NCBI GenBank assembly: GCA_026129095.1
Contig: JAHCIT010000002.1
Span: forward strand, 450,530-514,529
Reading direction: 5' to 3'
Source: Deltaproteobacteria bacterium
GTDB lineage: Bacteria > JAGRBM01 > JAHCIT01
Length of the DNA stretch: 64,000 nucleotides
In this document: positions 48,439 to 58,251 of the stretch, one piece after another
Layout of the letters: every line of letters starts with the position of its first letter
Position numbering within the stretch: the stretch's first letter is position 1
The notes under the pieces: model-generated
Seen by the model: only the letters and a program-made list of their open reading frames with translations
What the model was told of the DNA's origin: nothing
Databases searched by the model: none
Program-made: the position numbers and the translations under genes

Positions 48439-49158
48439 ATGATTCGGTTCTGTCGGCCGGTATCAAGGCTGTTGGTTTTGGCGGCACTTCTGAGCGCAGG
48501 AATTACTGGCTGTGCTTCCGATGGTGGTTCGACCTTGACCATACGGGGCAGTGCAACTGCAACGGAGGCAGAATCTGTTTCGTCAGTTTCCCCTGCCGCT
48601 GTTGGTGGCGTCGATCCTTCTAGCCTCAAGGTCAAAATCAACGAGTTCTGGGTATCTGAAGATTCGCTATGCACCGATCCCGTGCTCGTTTACCAGGCGA
48701 CAGCGCCTACGTATCAGGAAATGGTCGATGAACCGGTACTGGGCTCCGGTCCTGTTGCCGATGGAGTTTATCCCTGCATCATCGTGGTGATGTCTGACAC
48801 TATCCGGTTTACTCCCAGTGCCAACATTGGTGTCTGCGACGAAGGCACGGAATATTCCGGCGGTATTTGCCATGATGGCGATGTATCGGTTCTTCCGGAC
48901 GGCACGGAAGTGGAGTGCACCGATGGGGAAGACACTATTGCGAGCTATATGAGCACGGCTGTTCCCGAAGACCTGGAGGGCTCCAACGGATTCCTTCCTC
49001 CGGATGATCCCGACGATCCCACTACCGGCACACCACTCGATGGCGCATTTACGATAGAGGGAGACACGACGGCAGTGATGTTCGTTGATGCTTCTGGCCG
49101 TATCTGGGATAACGAGGGCACCTGTGAAATGTCCTCCGCAGACGCGGGATTCCGCTAA
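48439..49158 (+). CDS. Acidic Cys-rich lipoprotein, function unknown
   Basis: ITGC lipobox; Asp/Glu-rich mature part with six Cys. Confidence 0.78.
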   Translation: MIRFCRPVSRLLVLAALLSAGITGCASDGGSTLTIRGSATATEAESVSSVSPAAVGGVDPSSLKVKINEFWVSEDSLCTDPVLVYQATAPTYQEMVDEPVLGSGPVADGVYPCIIVVMSDTIRFTPSANIGVCDEGTEYSGGICHDGDVSVLPDGTEVECTDGEDTIASYMSTAVPEDLEGSNGFLPPDDPDDPTTGTPLDGAFTIEGDTTAVMFVDASGRIWDNEGTCEMSSADAGFR

Positions 49159-49329
49159 CATAACCGGCCCCGCCCCCTTCCGGGCAACCCGGAATCACCC
49201 GGCTTGACCCAGTGCCCCCGGTTCATCACCTTAGTGGGGCTTGGAAACCGGGCGTCATGGATGCCCGGAACACCGGGTGAACCGGCCTGTTTGCCGGCTT
49301 TAAACCCTTAGGACCGTCATCCCTCCGGC

Positions 49330-51198
49330 GTGGACCCATCCCAGAACGCACTTTACGCCTTCTACCTGAAAAAGTTCCGGTGGAAGTATTCCATGGGGCT
49401 CGGCGCGCTTATCGCCGTGGATCTTCTGGACTGGGTGTCTCCGCTCATCATCATGATGGCGGTGGACGAACTGACCACTCGCATATCCGGAAAAAGTGCC
49501 GATGGGCATTCACTCTGGTTCTGGGGCGTTCTGTACCTGCTGGCACTGACGCTCATGGGCGTATTCCGGTGGTTCTGGCGCGAGGGATTCATCTCGACGA
49601 GCCATCGCGTTGACCGTCACTTCAAGCGGACTTTTTTCAGAAGGCTTCTCACCCAAACCGCCTCGTTCTTCCAGCGGCACCCGACCGGCGACATCATGTC
49701 GCGCGCCACAAACGACATGGAAACGACACGGCTTGCGATGGGCGTTGGTTTCCTGATTTTTCTCGATGCGATCTTCTTCCTCGTTGGGGTTCCGCCCATC
49801 CTTCTTTATCTTGACTGGAAGCTCACACTGATCGTCTTTGCTCCGGCACCATTCCTTCCGTTTTTCATGTTCCGGATGGGCCGGCTGCTGGATGAACGTA
49901 CAACCGCTACGCAGGCGGCCTTCAGCCGCATGAGCGAAACAGTTCAGGAGGCCGTATCGGGAATCCGGGTGATCAAGGGCTACGTTCAGGAGCCGCTGGC
50001 CAGAAAACGGTTCAACGCTGCGAGTGAGCAGTACCTGAAGGATAATGTCAGGCTCGCCGCGCTTCAGGCGGCTTTCATGCCGGTGCTTGAGTTCACTACG
50101 GCCATTTCAACCGTGCTGCTCATTCTGTTCGGCGGCATGGACGTGCTGAACGGGACGATTACGCTCGGCACATTCATCGCGTTCCGGCAGTATATCACCA
50201 AACTCGTCTGGCCGATGACCGCGATCGGCTGGGCGCTCAACCTGCACCACCGGGGCCGGGCCTCTGGCCGTCGTATACTCGAACTGCTAGCTGAAAAGCC
50301 GGAGGTCCGTGATCCTGTGCCAGAACCCTTCGCCGAATGCGAGACGACGGCTATTCTGCCCCCCGATGAACTTCTGGAGTTCGACAAAAGCACCTATCCA
50401 AAGCTCCGTGGAGAGATCGAGTTCCGGAACCTCACATTCAGGTACCATGCAGACAGCCCGCCTGTGCTGGAAAATATCAACCTCAAGATAGAGCCCGGCC
50501 AGAGCGTTGCTTTCGTGGGCCGTATAGGTGCTGGTAAAACCACGCTGCTTGGTCTGATCCCGCACCTTTATGCCATCACCCGCGGCCAACTGTTCGTTGA
50601 CGGCCGGGATATTAGTGACATTCCGCTAAAGGAACTCAGGGGATCCATTGGTATGGTACCCCAGGACCCGTTTCTTTTTTCTGAAACCATCGAAACCAAT
50701 GTGCTGTTTGGCATCGAGGCCGGAAACGCCGTTCCGCCACCCCAGTCACGGGAAAATCCGTCTCAGGCAGACCTTCGCGTCATTGATGCGGTCAGAAGGG
50801 CACATGTCGAAACCGAAATTCTCCGCGCTCCCCGGCAATATGCAACCCTGCTTGGAGAGCGCGGAATCAACCTGTCCGGGGGGCAAAAACAGCGTCTTAC
50901 CATCGCCCGCGCCCTGCTCCGCGACCCCTCAATCCTGATTTTTGACGATACACTATCGGCGGTCGATGCCTCGACCGAGCGGGAGATTCTGGCTGAAATC
51001 CGGAGCGCCATTCGCGGCCGGACATCCCTCCTCGTCAGTCACCGGATTTCTACCGTACTTGCCGCCGACCGTATCTACTACCTCGAGAACGGACGGATCA
51101 CCGAATCCGGCACTCATTCCGAACTCCTGAAACTGAATGGTCGCTACGCTGACCTGTACCGACGGCAACAGATCGAAGAAACCCTGGAGGTCGCATGA
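49330..51198 (+). CDS. ABC exporter half (TMD-NBD), subunit 1 of a heterodimer
   Basis: GDIMSR..ND, GRIGAGKT, LSGGQKQR, degenerate Walker B IFDD. Confidence 0.93.
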   Translation: MDPSQNALYAFYLKKFRWKYSMGLGALIAVDLLDWVSPLIIMMAVDELTTRISGKSADGHSLWFWGVLYLLALTLMGVFRWFWREGFISTSHRVDRHFKRTFFRRLLTQTASFFQRHPTGDIMSRATNDMETTRLAMGVGFLIFLDAIFFLVGVPPILLYLDWKLTLIVFAPAPFLPFFMFRMGRLLDERTTATQAAFSRMSETVQEAVSGIRVIKGYVQEPLARKRFNAASEQYLKDNVRLAALQAAFMPVLEFTTAISTVLLILFGGMDVLNGTITLGTFIAFRQYITKLVWPMTAIGWALNLHHRGRASGRRILELLAEKPEVRDPVPEPFAECETTAILPPDELLEFDKSTYPKLRGEIEFRNLTFRYHADSPPVLENINLKIEPGQSVAFVGRIGAGKTTLLGLIPHLYAITRGQLFVDGRDISDIPLKELRGSIGMVPQDPFLFSETIETNVLFGIEAGNAVPPPQSRENPSQADLRVIDAVRRAHVETEILRAPRQYATLLGERGINLSGGQKQRLTIARALLRDPSILIFDDTLSAVDASTEREILAEIRSAIRGRTSLLVSHRISTVLAADRIYYLENGRITESGTHSELLKLNGRYADLYRRQQIEETLEVA

Positions 51199-53090
51199 GC
51201 AAAGGCGATCCAGGAGAAAAGGTGTCCACGTCCGACGATCAGGTTCAGCTTGGCTGGACTGATTCGCGTCTGGCATGGCGCCTGTTGGGGTATCTGCGCC
51301 CATATCCGCTGCCCGTCCTGGCGGCCGTGCTTCTGACGCTTGCCATGACGGGTGTGCATCTTCTTGCGCCGTATCTTGTGGGCCGTTTTGTCGATGATGT
51401 GCTGGGACACGGAACGGCCGCAGTCGCTCCAGGCTGGTTTGCCCAATGGCTTGACAGCTGGTTCGGTGCCTATGCCGGCAGCCGTGGACAGACTGGTGTC
51501 CGCTTTTATGGATTCCTGATCGCCGCCGTGTTCGCTTTTGGGCTGCTCGTGAGCATGGCTGCCACATTCTTGCTTCAGTGGCTTGGCCAGATGGTGATGC
51601 GCGACCTCCGCAGGGAGATTTTCGGTCATGTCACCGAGCTTCCAGTCACCTATTTCGACCGCAATCCTGTCGGACGGCTTGTAACGCGCGTGACGAACGA
51701 CATATCCAGCCTGAACGAGCTGCTTTCCGGCGGCTTCATCACCCTCATACAGGATGTCGTGATGGTCATGGCAATCACAACCGCCATGCTGTTGCTCGAC
51801 TTTCGTTTGGCCATTCTGTGTCTCGCAACATTTCCAGTGCTGATCTGGACAGTCCGGGTGCTCACCCGTCACATCCGGTTTCTGCTCCGCGAGGTAAAGC
51901 GGCTCATTGCAGTCATCAACTCGACCATCAACGAGAATGTGACTGGTATCAGGGTAACCCAGCTTTTTTCCCGTGAAGAATATCAGGCCGAGCGATTTGA
52001 CCAGCTTTTGAACGACTACGCCCGTCGCCAGATTCAGATGGTCCGTGTGACAAGCTACTTCCTGCCGGCGTCAGCCATGTTTTCAGGCGTTCTGGTCATG
52101 CTGGTGATTGGTCAGGGTGGCAGCCAGGTGCTCGCCGGGGTTACCTCCATCGGCGTTCTGGTAACATTCCTTGCATATACGCAGCAGCTTTATCTTCCGA
52201 TCCGGACTTTCACCGACAAATACAACGTCTTGCTTCTTGCGATGGCCAGCGCTGAACGGATTTTTACACTGCTGGATGAACCTGCCGAAGCGGTACAGAC
52301 CAACGGAAATGGGCAGGATGAAGATCCGGCCAGACCGATTGTCGAATTTGACCACGTGACACTGGAATACGGATCAGAAGTGCGGGCTCTGGATGATCTT
52401 TCACTCGCCATACCGGCCCGGCAGGCTATCGCCGTTGTAGGTCCTACCGGTGCGGGCAAGACGACTCTGATCCATCTACTGGCGCGGTTTTATGATCACC
52501 GGTCTGGAACTGTCCGTATCGCTGGCCGAGATATCCGTTCGATCCCCAGGCCGGAACTGCGCCGACGGATCGGGATTGTACAGCAGGATGTGTTTCTTTT
52601 TTCCGGCAGCATTGCAGACAACCTGTTCATTCCGGACACACTGCCTGAATCCGAGCGCGTTGCACGGGTGGAAGGGGTATTTGCGGATCTGGGCTGTCTG
52701 CCCTTTTTGCACAAGCTGCCTCAAGGGACCGCGACACCCGTTCGCGAGAGGGGGAGCAACTTTTCGGCTGGTGAGCGTCAGCTCATAGCCTTTGCCCGGG
52801 TACTTGTGGCCAGTCCCGACATTCTCGTTCTGGACGAAGCAACCGCCAACGTCGATACCGAAACCGAACAGCTCATTCAGAAGGCGATCGAAAAGCTTAC
52901 AAGCGACCGTACTTCTATCATTATCGCCCATCGGCTCTCGACAATTCTTCACTGCGACCGGATCGTGGTAATGAACCGGGGAAAAATCGCTGAGGATGGG
53001 CGCCACTCGGATCTCATTCAGGATGGCGGCCTTTATGCCCGTCTGTATGAACTCCAGTTCCGTGACCAGGAACAGCGGGAGGCCGTTTAG
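51195..53090 (+). CDS. ABC exporter half (TMD-NBD), subunit 2 of a heterodimer
   Basis: GRLVTRVTND, GPTGAGKT, degenerate signature FSAGERQ, VLDEAT, AHRLST; ATGA overlap. Confidence 0.93.
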   Translation: MSKGDPGEKVSTSDDQVQLGWTDSRLAWRLLGYLRPYPLPVLAAVLLTLAMTGVHLLAPYLVGRFVDDVLGHGTAAVAPGWFAQWLDSWFGAYAGSRGQTGVRFYGFLIAAVFAFGLLVSMAATFLLQWLGQMVMRDLRREIFGHVTELPVTYFDRNPVGRLVTRVTNDISSLNELLSGGFITLIQDVVMVMAITTAMLLLDFRLAILCLATFPVLIWTVRVLTRHIRFLLREVKRLIAVINSTINENVTGIRVTQLFSREEYQAERFDQLLNDYARRQIQMVRVTSYFLPASAMFSGVLVMLVIGQGGSQVLAGVTSIGVLVTFLAYTQQLYLPIRTFTDKYNVLLLAMASAERIFTLLDEPAEAVQTNGNGQDEDPARPIVEFDHVTLEYGSEVRALDDLSLAIPARQAIAVVGPTGAGKTTLIHLLARFYDHRSGTVRIAGRDIRSIPRPELRRRIGIVQQDVFLFSGSIADNLFIPDTLPESERVARVEGVFADLGCLPFLHKLPQGTATPVRERGSNFSAGERQLIAFARVLVASPDILVLDEATANVDTETEQLIQKAIEKLTSDRTSIIIAHRLSTILHCDRIVVMNRGKIAEDGRHSDLIQDGGLYARLYELQFRDQEQREAV

Positions 53091-53091
53091 C

Positions 53092-54165
53092 ATGGCCTGG
53101 AACCCGCTCAAACGTAAAAAGCGCCGCCAGCTGGGTCTGGATGTCCCCCGCGGGCTCACGGTGGAACTAACCAGTCATTGCAACTACGACTGCGGGCCTT
53201 GTCCGCTCAACTTCTACACCATGGACGTGAAGCGGTTGCATCTGAATCTCGACATTTTGGAAAAGCGGCTCGGCGAACTGCCTCCACTTGAGACCATCGA
53301 CCTGACCGGTTGGGGAGAAGGCTTTCTACATCCGGATTTTCCCCGTGCCGTGGAACTGGCGGCTCATCATGCCGGCGATGTGTCGCTCACAACCGCCGGG
53401 CTGTTTCTTGACCGTGATCGCGCCAGTCTGCTGATCGAGCACGGTATTTCCTATGTAATGGTTTCACTCGATGCCGCGAACCGTGCCAGTTACAAGGCTC
53501 TTAAACACAAGGACGATTTCGACCGGGTTGTCTCGAATATCGAAGCCTTCGTGGGCGAACGATCCCGGACTGGCCGGACGCGGCCGCAGATCGCCATCTC
53601 CTGCATACTGACACGGGAAACCATGCCTGACTGGTACGCGCTCGCCGAGCTTGCCACCGCCCTTCAGGTCGACCAGCTCGTTTTCAAGGCGCTTGCTCCC
53701 ATGAATCCCTCTGAGCTGAGATACTCCCTGCATCACCGGTTCTATCCTGGCGTGGACGCCCCCGCACTCGACCCTGCTGACGAACTGGACCGTGCCATCC
53801 GCCGCGCCACCGGTAACGGCGTTGAAGTGGCTGTCTTCAATGACTGGGCAGGCGATCAGATTCATCCCTGCATGGCATATGCAACCGACCGGCCTTACCT
53901 GCGCTCGGATGGCCTTATGGCCCCCTGTTGCATGCTCGCCTATCCGCTGGATCGCCCGCTACCTGACGGATCTTCACGGAAAGCAGGGCCGGTTTCCTTT
54001 GGAAGCTGGTTTGAAGAGCCGATCGAAAATATCTGGAAGAAGCAGGATTACATACGATTCAGGGATGCCCTAGACCGCCACGAACCGGCGGAGGCCTGCC
54101 TGGGCTGTCCGGTTAATCACCTCTTCCGGTTAGAAGTTCATCCTCCGGAGCCCATTCAATCGTGA
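53092..54165 (+). CDS. Radical SAM protein with SPASM/twitch C-terminus
   Basis: CNYDCGPC, GWGE, VSLD, C...DG...PCC, CLGCP. Confidence 0.9.
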   Translation: MAWNPLKRKKRRQLGLDVPRGLTVELTSHCNYDCGPCPLNFYTMDVKRLHLNLDILEKRLGELPPLETIDLTGWGEGFLHPDFPRAVELAAHHAGDVSLTTAGLFLDRDRASLLIEHGISYVMVSLDAANRASYKALKHKDDFDRVVSNIEAFVGERSRTGRTRPQIAISCILTRETMPDWYALAELATALQVDQLVFKALAPMNPSELRYSLHHRFYPGVDAPALDPADELDRAIRRATGNGVEVAVFNDWAGDQIHPCMAYATDRPYLRSDGLMAPCCMLAYPLDRPLPDGSSRKAGPVSFGSWFEEPIENIWKKQDYIRFRDALDRHEPAEACLGCPVNHLFRLEVHPPEPIQS

Positions 54166-55100
54166 CCGGGCAGGTGAGGGAACAAAGCCCTGCAGCCCTC
54201 ATCTGGCGCGGGTACACGGAAATCTTCGGCTGCACACTGATCTGGGCCGGATTTGCGGTGGTAGCGAAGCTGGCCCTTACGGGCACACCGCCCGAAGTAC
54301 TCGCAAGCTGGCGATTCGCTCTGGCCGCAATGTTTCTGGTCCCCTGGCTCTGGGCGACAGGATCACTCCCCCGGATTCCCGGCAAATACGAGTGGCCCGA
54401 GCTTCTGCTCCTCAGCTCCCTTGGCGTCATCGGGCACAATCTTTTCCTCTTTTTTGGACTCAACTGGGCGAGTGCCTACGAATGTGCACTTGTTACAAAT
54501 ACTCTGATCCCCATCGCCATCCCCGTAATCGCGTCCCTCGCGGGCGTGGAAACTTTCGACCGGTCACGCATTCCCGGCCTTGTGATTGGCTCTGCGGGTG
54601 TCGTATTAATCTTTATCGGAATTCCTGGCGGGATATCAGGGGATTCCTCCCGGTTCTGGGGCGTAATCCTGTTTCTTGGCTCGGGAAGCTGCTGGTCCAT
54701 CTACACGGTGCTCTCGCGCCGGGCACACTCGCGCTGGAAGCCAAGCGATCTGGCTGCCTGGTCCACCTGGATCGGGGCGCTGGTTCTGCTTCCACTGGGA
54801 TTGTGGAAGCCGCTGACGCAAGGCTGGCCCGATCCCTCGGTATCTCTCTGGGGCAAACTGGGTTACATGTCGATACTGAACACTGTCATCGCGTTCTTCA
54901 TGTGGCAGAACGGCGTAGCCAGAATCGGTCCCGCCCGGAGCGGCGTCATGGTCTATCTCGTTCCGGTATTCACACTGATGCTTTCAGCCTTGGTGCTGGC
55001 CGAACGCCCATCGGCCCTGCAGCTTGCGGGTGGGGGACTCGCCATGGGAGGCGTTCTGTGGGCAAATCGCCGGGAACTTCTGGGGGGCTGGATCCGGTAA
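54162..55100 (+). CDS. DMT/EamA-family transporter
   Basis: About 10 TM, IWAG...K, RF..A, IGPARS...LVPVF, ERP...Q..GG. Confidence 0.9.
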   Translation: MTGQVREQSPAALIWRGYTEIFGCTLIWAGFAVVAKLALTGTPPEVLASWRFALAAMFLVPWLWATGSLPRIPGKYEWPELLLLSSLGVIGHNLFLFFGLNWASAYECALVTNTLIPIAIPVIASLAGVETFDRSRIPGLVIGSAGVVLIFIGIPGGISGDSSRFWGVILFLGSGSCWSIYTVLSRRAHSRWKPSDLAAWSTWIGALVLLPLGLWKPLTQGWPDPSVSLWGKLGYMSILNTVIAFFMWQNGVARIGPARSGVMVYLVPVFTLMLSALVLAERPSALQLAGGGLAMGGVLWANRRELLGGWIR

Positions 55101-55104
55101 ATGT

Positions 55105-55854
55105 TCAGACCGTTGCAAAGCCTCCATCGACCGATAGTGTCTGGCCCGTAATCCAGTCCGCCTGGCGGCTCGCCAGAAACACGATTGCCGCAGCGACATC
55201 ACGCGGCTCGCCAAGCCGGCGGAGCGGGTAGAGCTTCGCCCACTGTGCCTCGGTGTCCGGCGTCAGAAACGAGGTCATCGGCGTTTTGATCGTACCGGGG
55301 CAAATCACGTTCACATTGAGCCAGTACCGGCCGCATTCCTTGGCAAAGGCGCGGGTAAAGGAAATGACACCTCCCTTGGCAGCTGAGTAGGCGACCATGG
55401 ATTTTTCACCGATCCGGCCCGCATCAGAAGCAATATTGACAATTTTGCCATGTTTTTCCTTCTTGAGGTGCGGAAGTGCGGCCGACGACATGTTGATAGT
55501 CCCCAGCAGGCAAACGTCGATTTCGGCTTTCCAGTCAGCCGGGACGGAACTTTCGAGTTGGCCGCCTTTCAGGATACCAGCCACATTGCAAAGCACGTGC
55601 AGGCCCCCGAAATCCCTTGCCACAGCATCAGCCGCCTGACGGCAGCTTTCTATATCAGTCACGTCGCAGCCATAAGACCGTGTCTTGATACCCAGCGACG
55701 CCAGGCGATCGGCCGTCCCTTTAAGCCCTTCCGTGTTGCGGTCAACTAGCGCCAGCGACGCGCCCTCTTCGGCGAGCGCTATGGCTGTTTCCTGGCCAAT
55801 ACCCGATGCCGAACCCGTCACCATTGCGACGCGGCCATTGAGTCCCAAATCCAT
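55105..55854 (-). CDS. Short-chain dehydrogenase/reductase (FabG-like)
   Basis: TGSASGIG, NVAG, YSAAK, CPG.I.T, WITGQ.LSVDGG. Confidence 0.93.
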   Translation of the reverse strand: MDLGLNGRVAMVTGSASGIGQETAIALAEEGASLALVDRNTEGLKGTADRLASLGIKTRSYGCDVTDIESCRQAADAVARDFGGLHVLCNVAGILKGGQLESSVPADWKAEIDVCLLGTINMSSAALPHLKKEKHGKIVNIASDAGRIGEKSMVAYSAAKGGVISFTRAFAKECGRYWLNVNVICPGTIKTPMTSFLTPDTEAQWAKLYPLRRLGEPRDVAAAIVFLASRQADWITGQTLSVDGGFATV

Positions 55855-55959
55855 TTTGTTCTTCTCCCCTGCGTTACGGTTTGACGCACGCTAGCTAGCA
55901 GGGAGAAATGGAACAATACGGCCCGCAATCAGGCCGCCAGAAAACCGTGCGGCGTTTAC

Positions 55960-58029
55960 TCAGGCTGCTGCCCGTGTTCCGAATACTTGGGTCATTCGCT
56001 GTATGCGGCCATACCGTCCCTGGATTACCTGTGCATAACGGCCAAGCGCCATCAGGGGGAACACCTGGCGGTAAAGGTGGTAGCGAATGTAAAAGTGGCC
56101 GGGGAACCCGGTCCCGGTGAATTCTTCTTCGTCCCAGGAGCCATCGCTGCGCTGATGATCCAGAAGCCACTGGATGCCGCGCTCGGCCTCAGGCGAATGG
56201 CCTTCTCCCGCAGCAATCAGGCCCATGACAGCCCAAGCCGTTTGGGAGGCGGAAGGTGAATTGGGAACATATTCACCTTTGGGATAGCTTGAACAGTCTT
56301 CACCCCAGCCGCCGGAGGTGTGCTGGGCCTTCTTCAGAAACTCCACCGCTCGCCGCACAGGTTCGGCCTTCATATTGTAGCCGACGCTCTCCAGACCACA
56401 GAGAACCGCCCACGTGCCGTAGAGATAGTTCACGCCCCAGCGGCCAAACCAGCTCCCGTTCTTCTCCTGCGACTTTTTCAGATAAACCACCGCCCGCCGG
56501 ACCACAGGATCCGACAGATCGCGCCCGAATGATCCAAGCATTTCTACCACTCGACCAGTAAGGTCGGGAGTATTCGGGTCAAGCATCGCCTTGAGATCAG
56601 CGAACGGAATCTCGTTCAGGAGATCCCGGTTATTGTCCATGTCGAATGCGCCCCAGCCGCCATCCTTGCATTGCATGGTTTCGAGCCAGCCGATCGCACG
56701 ATTCATCGTCCCCTGCTTGTCATCTTCGAACTGCGGGCTTTCCATCCGGACGGTCTGCATTCCCATCAGAACAGCCGCCGTGTCGTCACAGTCAGGGTAA
56801 TAGCGGTTATGGAATTCGAACGACCAGCCACCAGGACGCCCTTTCCTGTTTTTCACCGACCAGTCGCCATAGGCTTTCAGTTCCTTGGAAATAAGCCAGT
56901 GCACAGCTTTCTGAAGTTGCGGGTGATCTGGCTTGAACCCCGATTCCCGTAGAGCCCACATGGAAAGTGCTGTGTCCCATACCGGCGAGACGCAGCTCTG
57001 AAGCCGGAACGAATCTTTCGTTTCAATCCCGAACCGGCACAGCGCACGCCAGCCATTTCGTGTCACCGGGTCATTGTTTGCATAGCCGCGGGCCTTCAGT
57101 GCCAGCAGCGAATAGGCCATCGCTGGAATAATCCCGCCCCAGTCGCCCTCTTCGTCTTGCCGGGAAAGAATCCACCTTTCACAGGCTTCCAATGCCTTTT
57201 CAGCAAACGGGACAAAACCGACCTTTTCGAACAGTTTCAGCACCCGGTCGATCATCAGAAAAAAGTTTTTCCACGAAGCGGGAGCCGACCAGTCCAGCTT
57301 CATCCGGTGGTCGACCTTGTCCGGTCCGCCTTCGACGTAAAGTTCATCAATGCGGATGTCACGTTTGGGTTTCATCACCGGCCGGTAATGCCAGAGCATC
57401 ATGATCGGCACCACACAACTCCGGGCCCAGGAACTCATCTCGTAGATATTGAACGGGAACCATGTGGGGAAGAGCATGAACCATGCTGGTACCGAGGGTG
57501 TGCCCGCATAGTCGTAAAGCCCCATGAGAGCGAGGTGCATCCGGGTAAACACCCGCGATTTGGACACACCACCCATGGCTAGTGCCCGCTCACGAGCCTT
57601 TACCATGTGGGGAGCCTCGGGATTGTGGCCTGCCATTTTCAGGGCGACATAGCATTCAACAGTGGCCGACAGCTCTGAGGGGCCTCCCTGATATATTGAC
57701 CAGCCGCCGTCCTCGTTCTGGAGGCGCATGATGTCGTTGCAGGCCTTGCGCTCAAGTTCCGGATCATGCCGGTCGAGCATGTGCATGAGGTAGATGAACT
57801 CGGAATTGATGGTGGAATTGGCTTCCAGTTCGGCCCACCAGTAGCCGTCCTTCTCGTTCTGAATTCCGAGAAGGAACTCCTGGCCGTCGCGCACCCCGCT
57901 CGACAGTTTTTCCTCGATTTCATGCCGCTGAGAGCGGACCGAGGGTGACTTTTTCCAGAGGTTTGACAGGCCCGGACGGGAACCCCAGTTAGGTTCGACC
58001 GGCAGGCGGATACCGGGTTCACTATTCAT
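55960..58029 (-). CDS. shc: Squalene-hopene cyclase
   Basis: QW repeats (QNEDGGW, QDEEGDW, QCKDGGW, QEKNGSW, QRSDGSW), SPVWDT, catalytic DCDDTA, GTGFP..FYIRY. Confidence 0.95.
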   Translation of the reverse strand: MNSEPGIRLPVEPNWGSRPGLSNLWKKSPSVRSQRHEIEEKLSSGVRDGQEFLLGIQNEKDGYWWAELEANSTINSEFIYLMHMLDRHDPELERKACNDIMRLQNEDGGWSIYQGGPSELSATVECYVALKMAGHNPEAPHMVKARERALAMGGVSKSRVFTRMHLALMGLYDYAGTPSVPAWFMLFPTWFPFNIYEMSSWARSCVVPIMMLWHYRPVMKPKRDIRIDELYVEGGPDKVDHRMKLDWSAPASWKNFFLMIDRVLKLFEKVGFVPFAEKALEACERWILSRQDEEGDWGGIIPAMAYSLLALKARGYANNDPVTRNGWRALCRFGIETKDSFRLQSCVSPVWDTALSMWALRESGFKPDHPQLQKAVHWLISKELKAYGDWSVKNRKGRPGGWSFEFHNRYYPDCDDTAAVLMGMQTVRMESPQFEDDKQGTMNRAIGWLETMQCKDGGWGAFDMDNNRDLLNEIPFADLKAMLDPNTPDLTGRVVEMLGSFGRDLSDPVVRRAVVYLKKSQEKNGSWFGRWGVNYLYGTWAVLCGLESVGYNMKAEPVRRAVEFLKKAQHTSGGWGEDCSSYPKGEYVPNSPSASQTAWAVMGLIAAGEGHSPEAERGIQWLLDHQRSDGSWDEEEFTGTGFPGHFYIRYHLYRQVFPLMALGRYAQVIQGRYGRIQRMTQVFGTRAAA

Positions 58030-58130
58030 ACGTTAAGTAATGTCCCCTGATAATTCTCCGGTCCCCGTTGAAAACAGGAACGGACGCCTTTGCACAAGAC
58101 TCCATATCCTTGCCGGGCCCAGAAAGCTGA

Positions 58131-58188
58131 CTAACTGATAAGTCAGTTAGCGAAACCCAAGGCTAACGAACCGGAAGCAATGTGTCAA
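58131..58188 (-). promoter_or_regulatory. shc promoter with downstream palindromic operator
   Basis: Minus strand TTGACA-N17-TAGCCT (58188-58160); perfect palindrome CTAACTGA-TAAG-TCAGTTAG at 58131-58150. Confidence 0.7.
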
Positions 58189-58251
58189 TATGGCTATAAC
58201 TAGCTGTAATTATAAAGGAATAACGCCAAAAAGGGATCGGCGCCAACGGCA

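Noticed and set aside
53092..54165. Hopanoid radical SAM (HpnH/HpnJ/HpnP) because shc is nearby
   Set aside because: No B12-binding domain or HpnH-like motifs recognised, and the gene is in a separate convergent operon.
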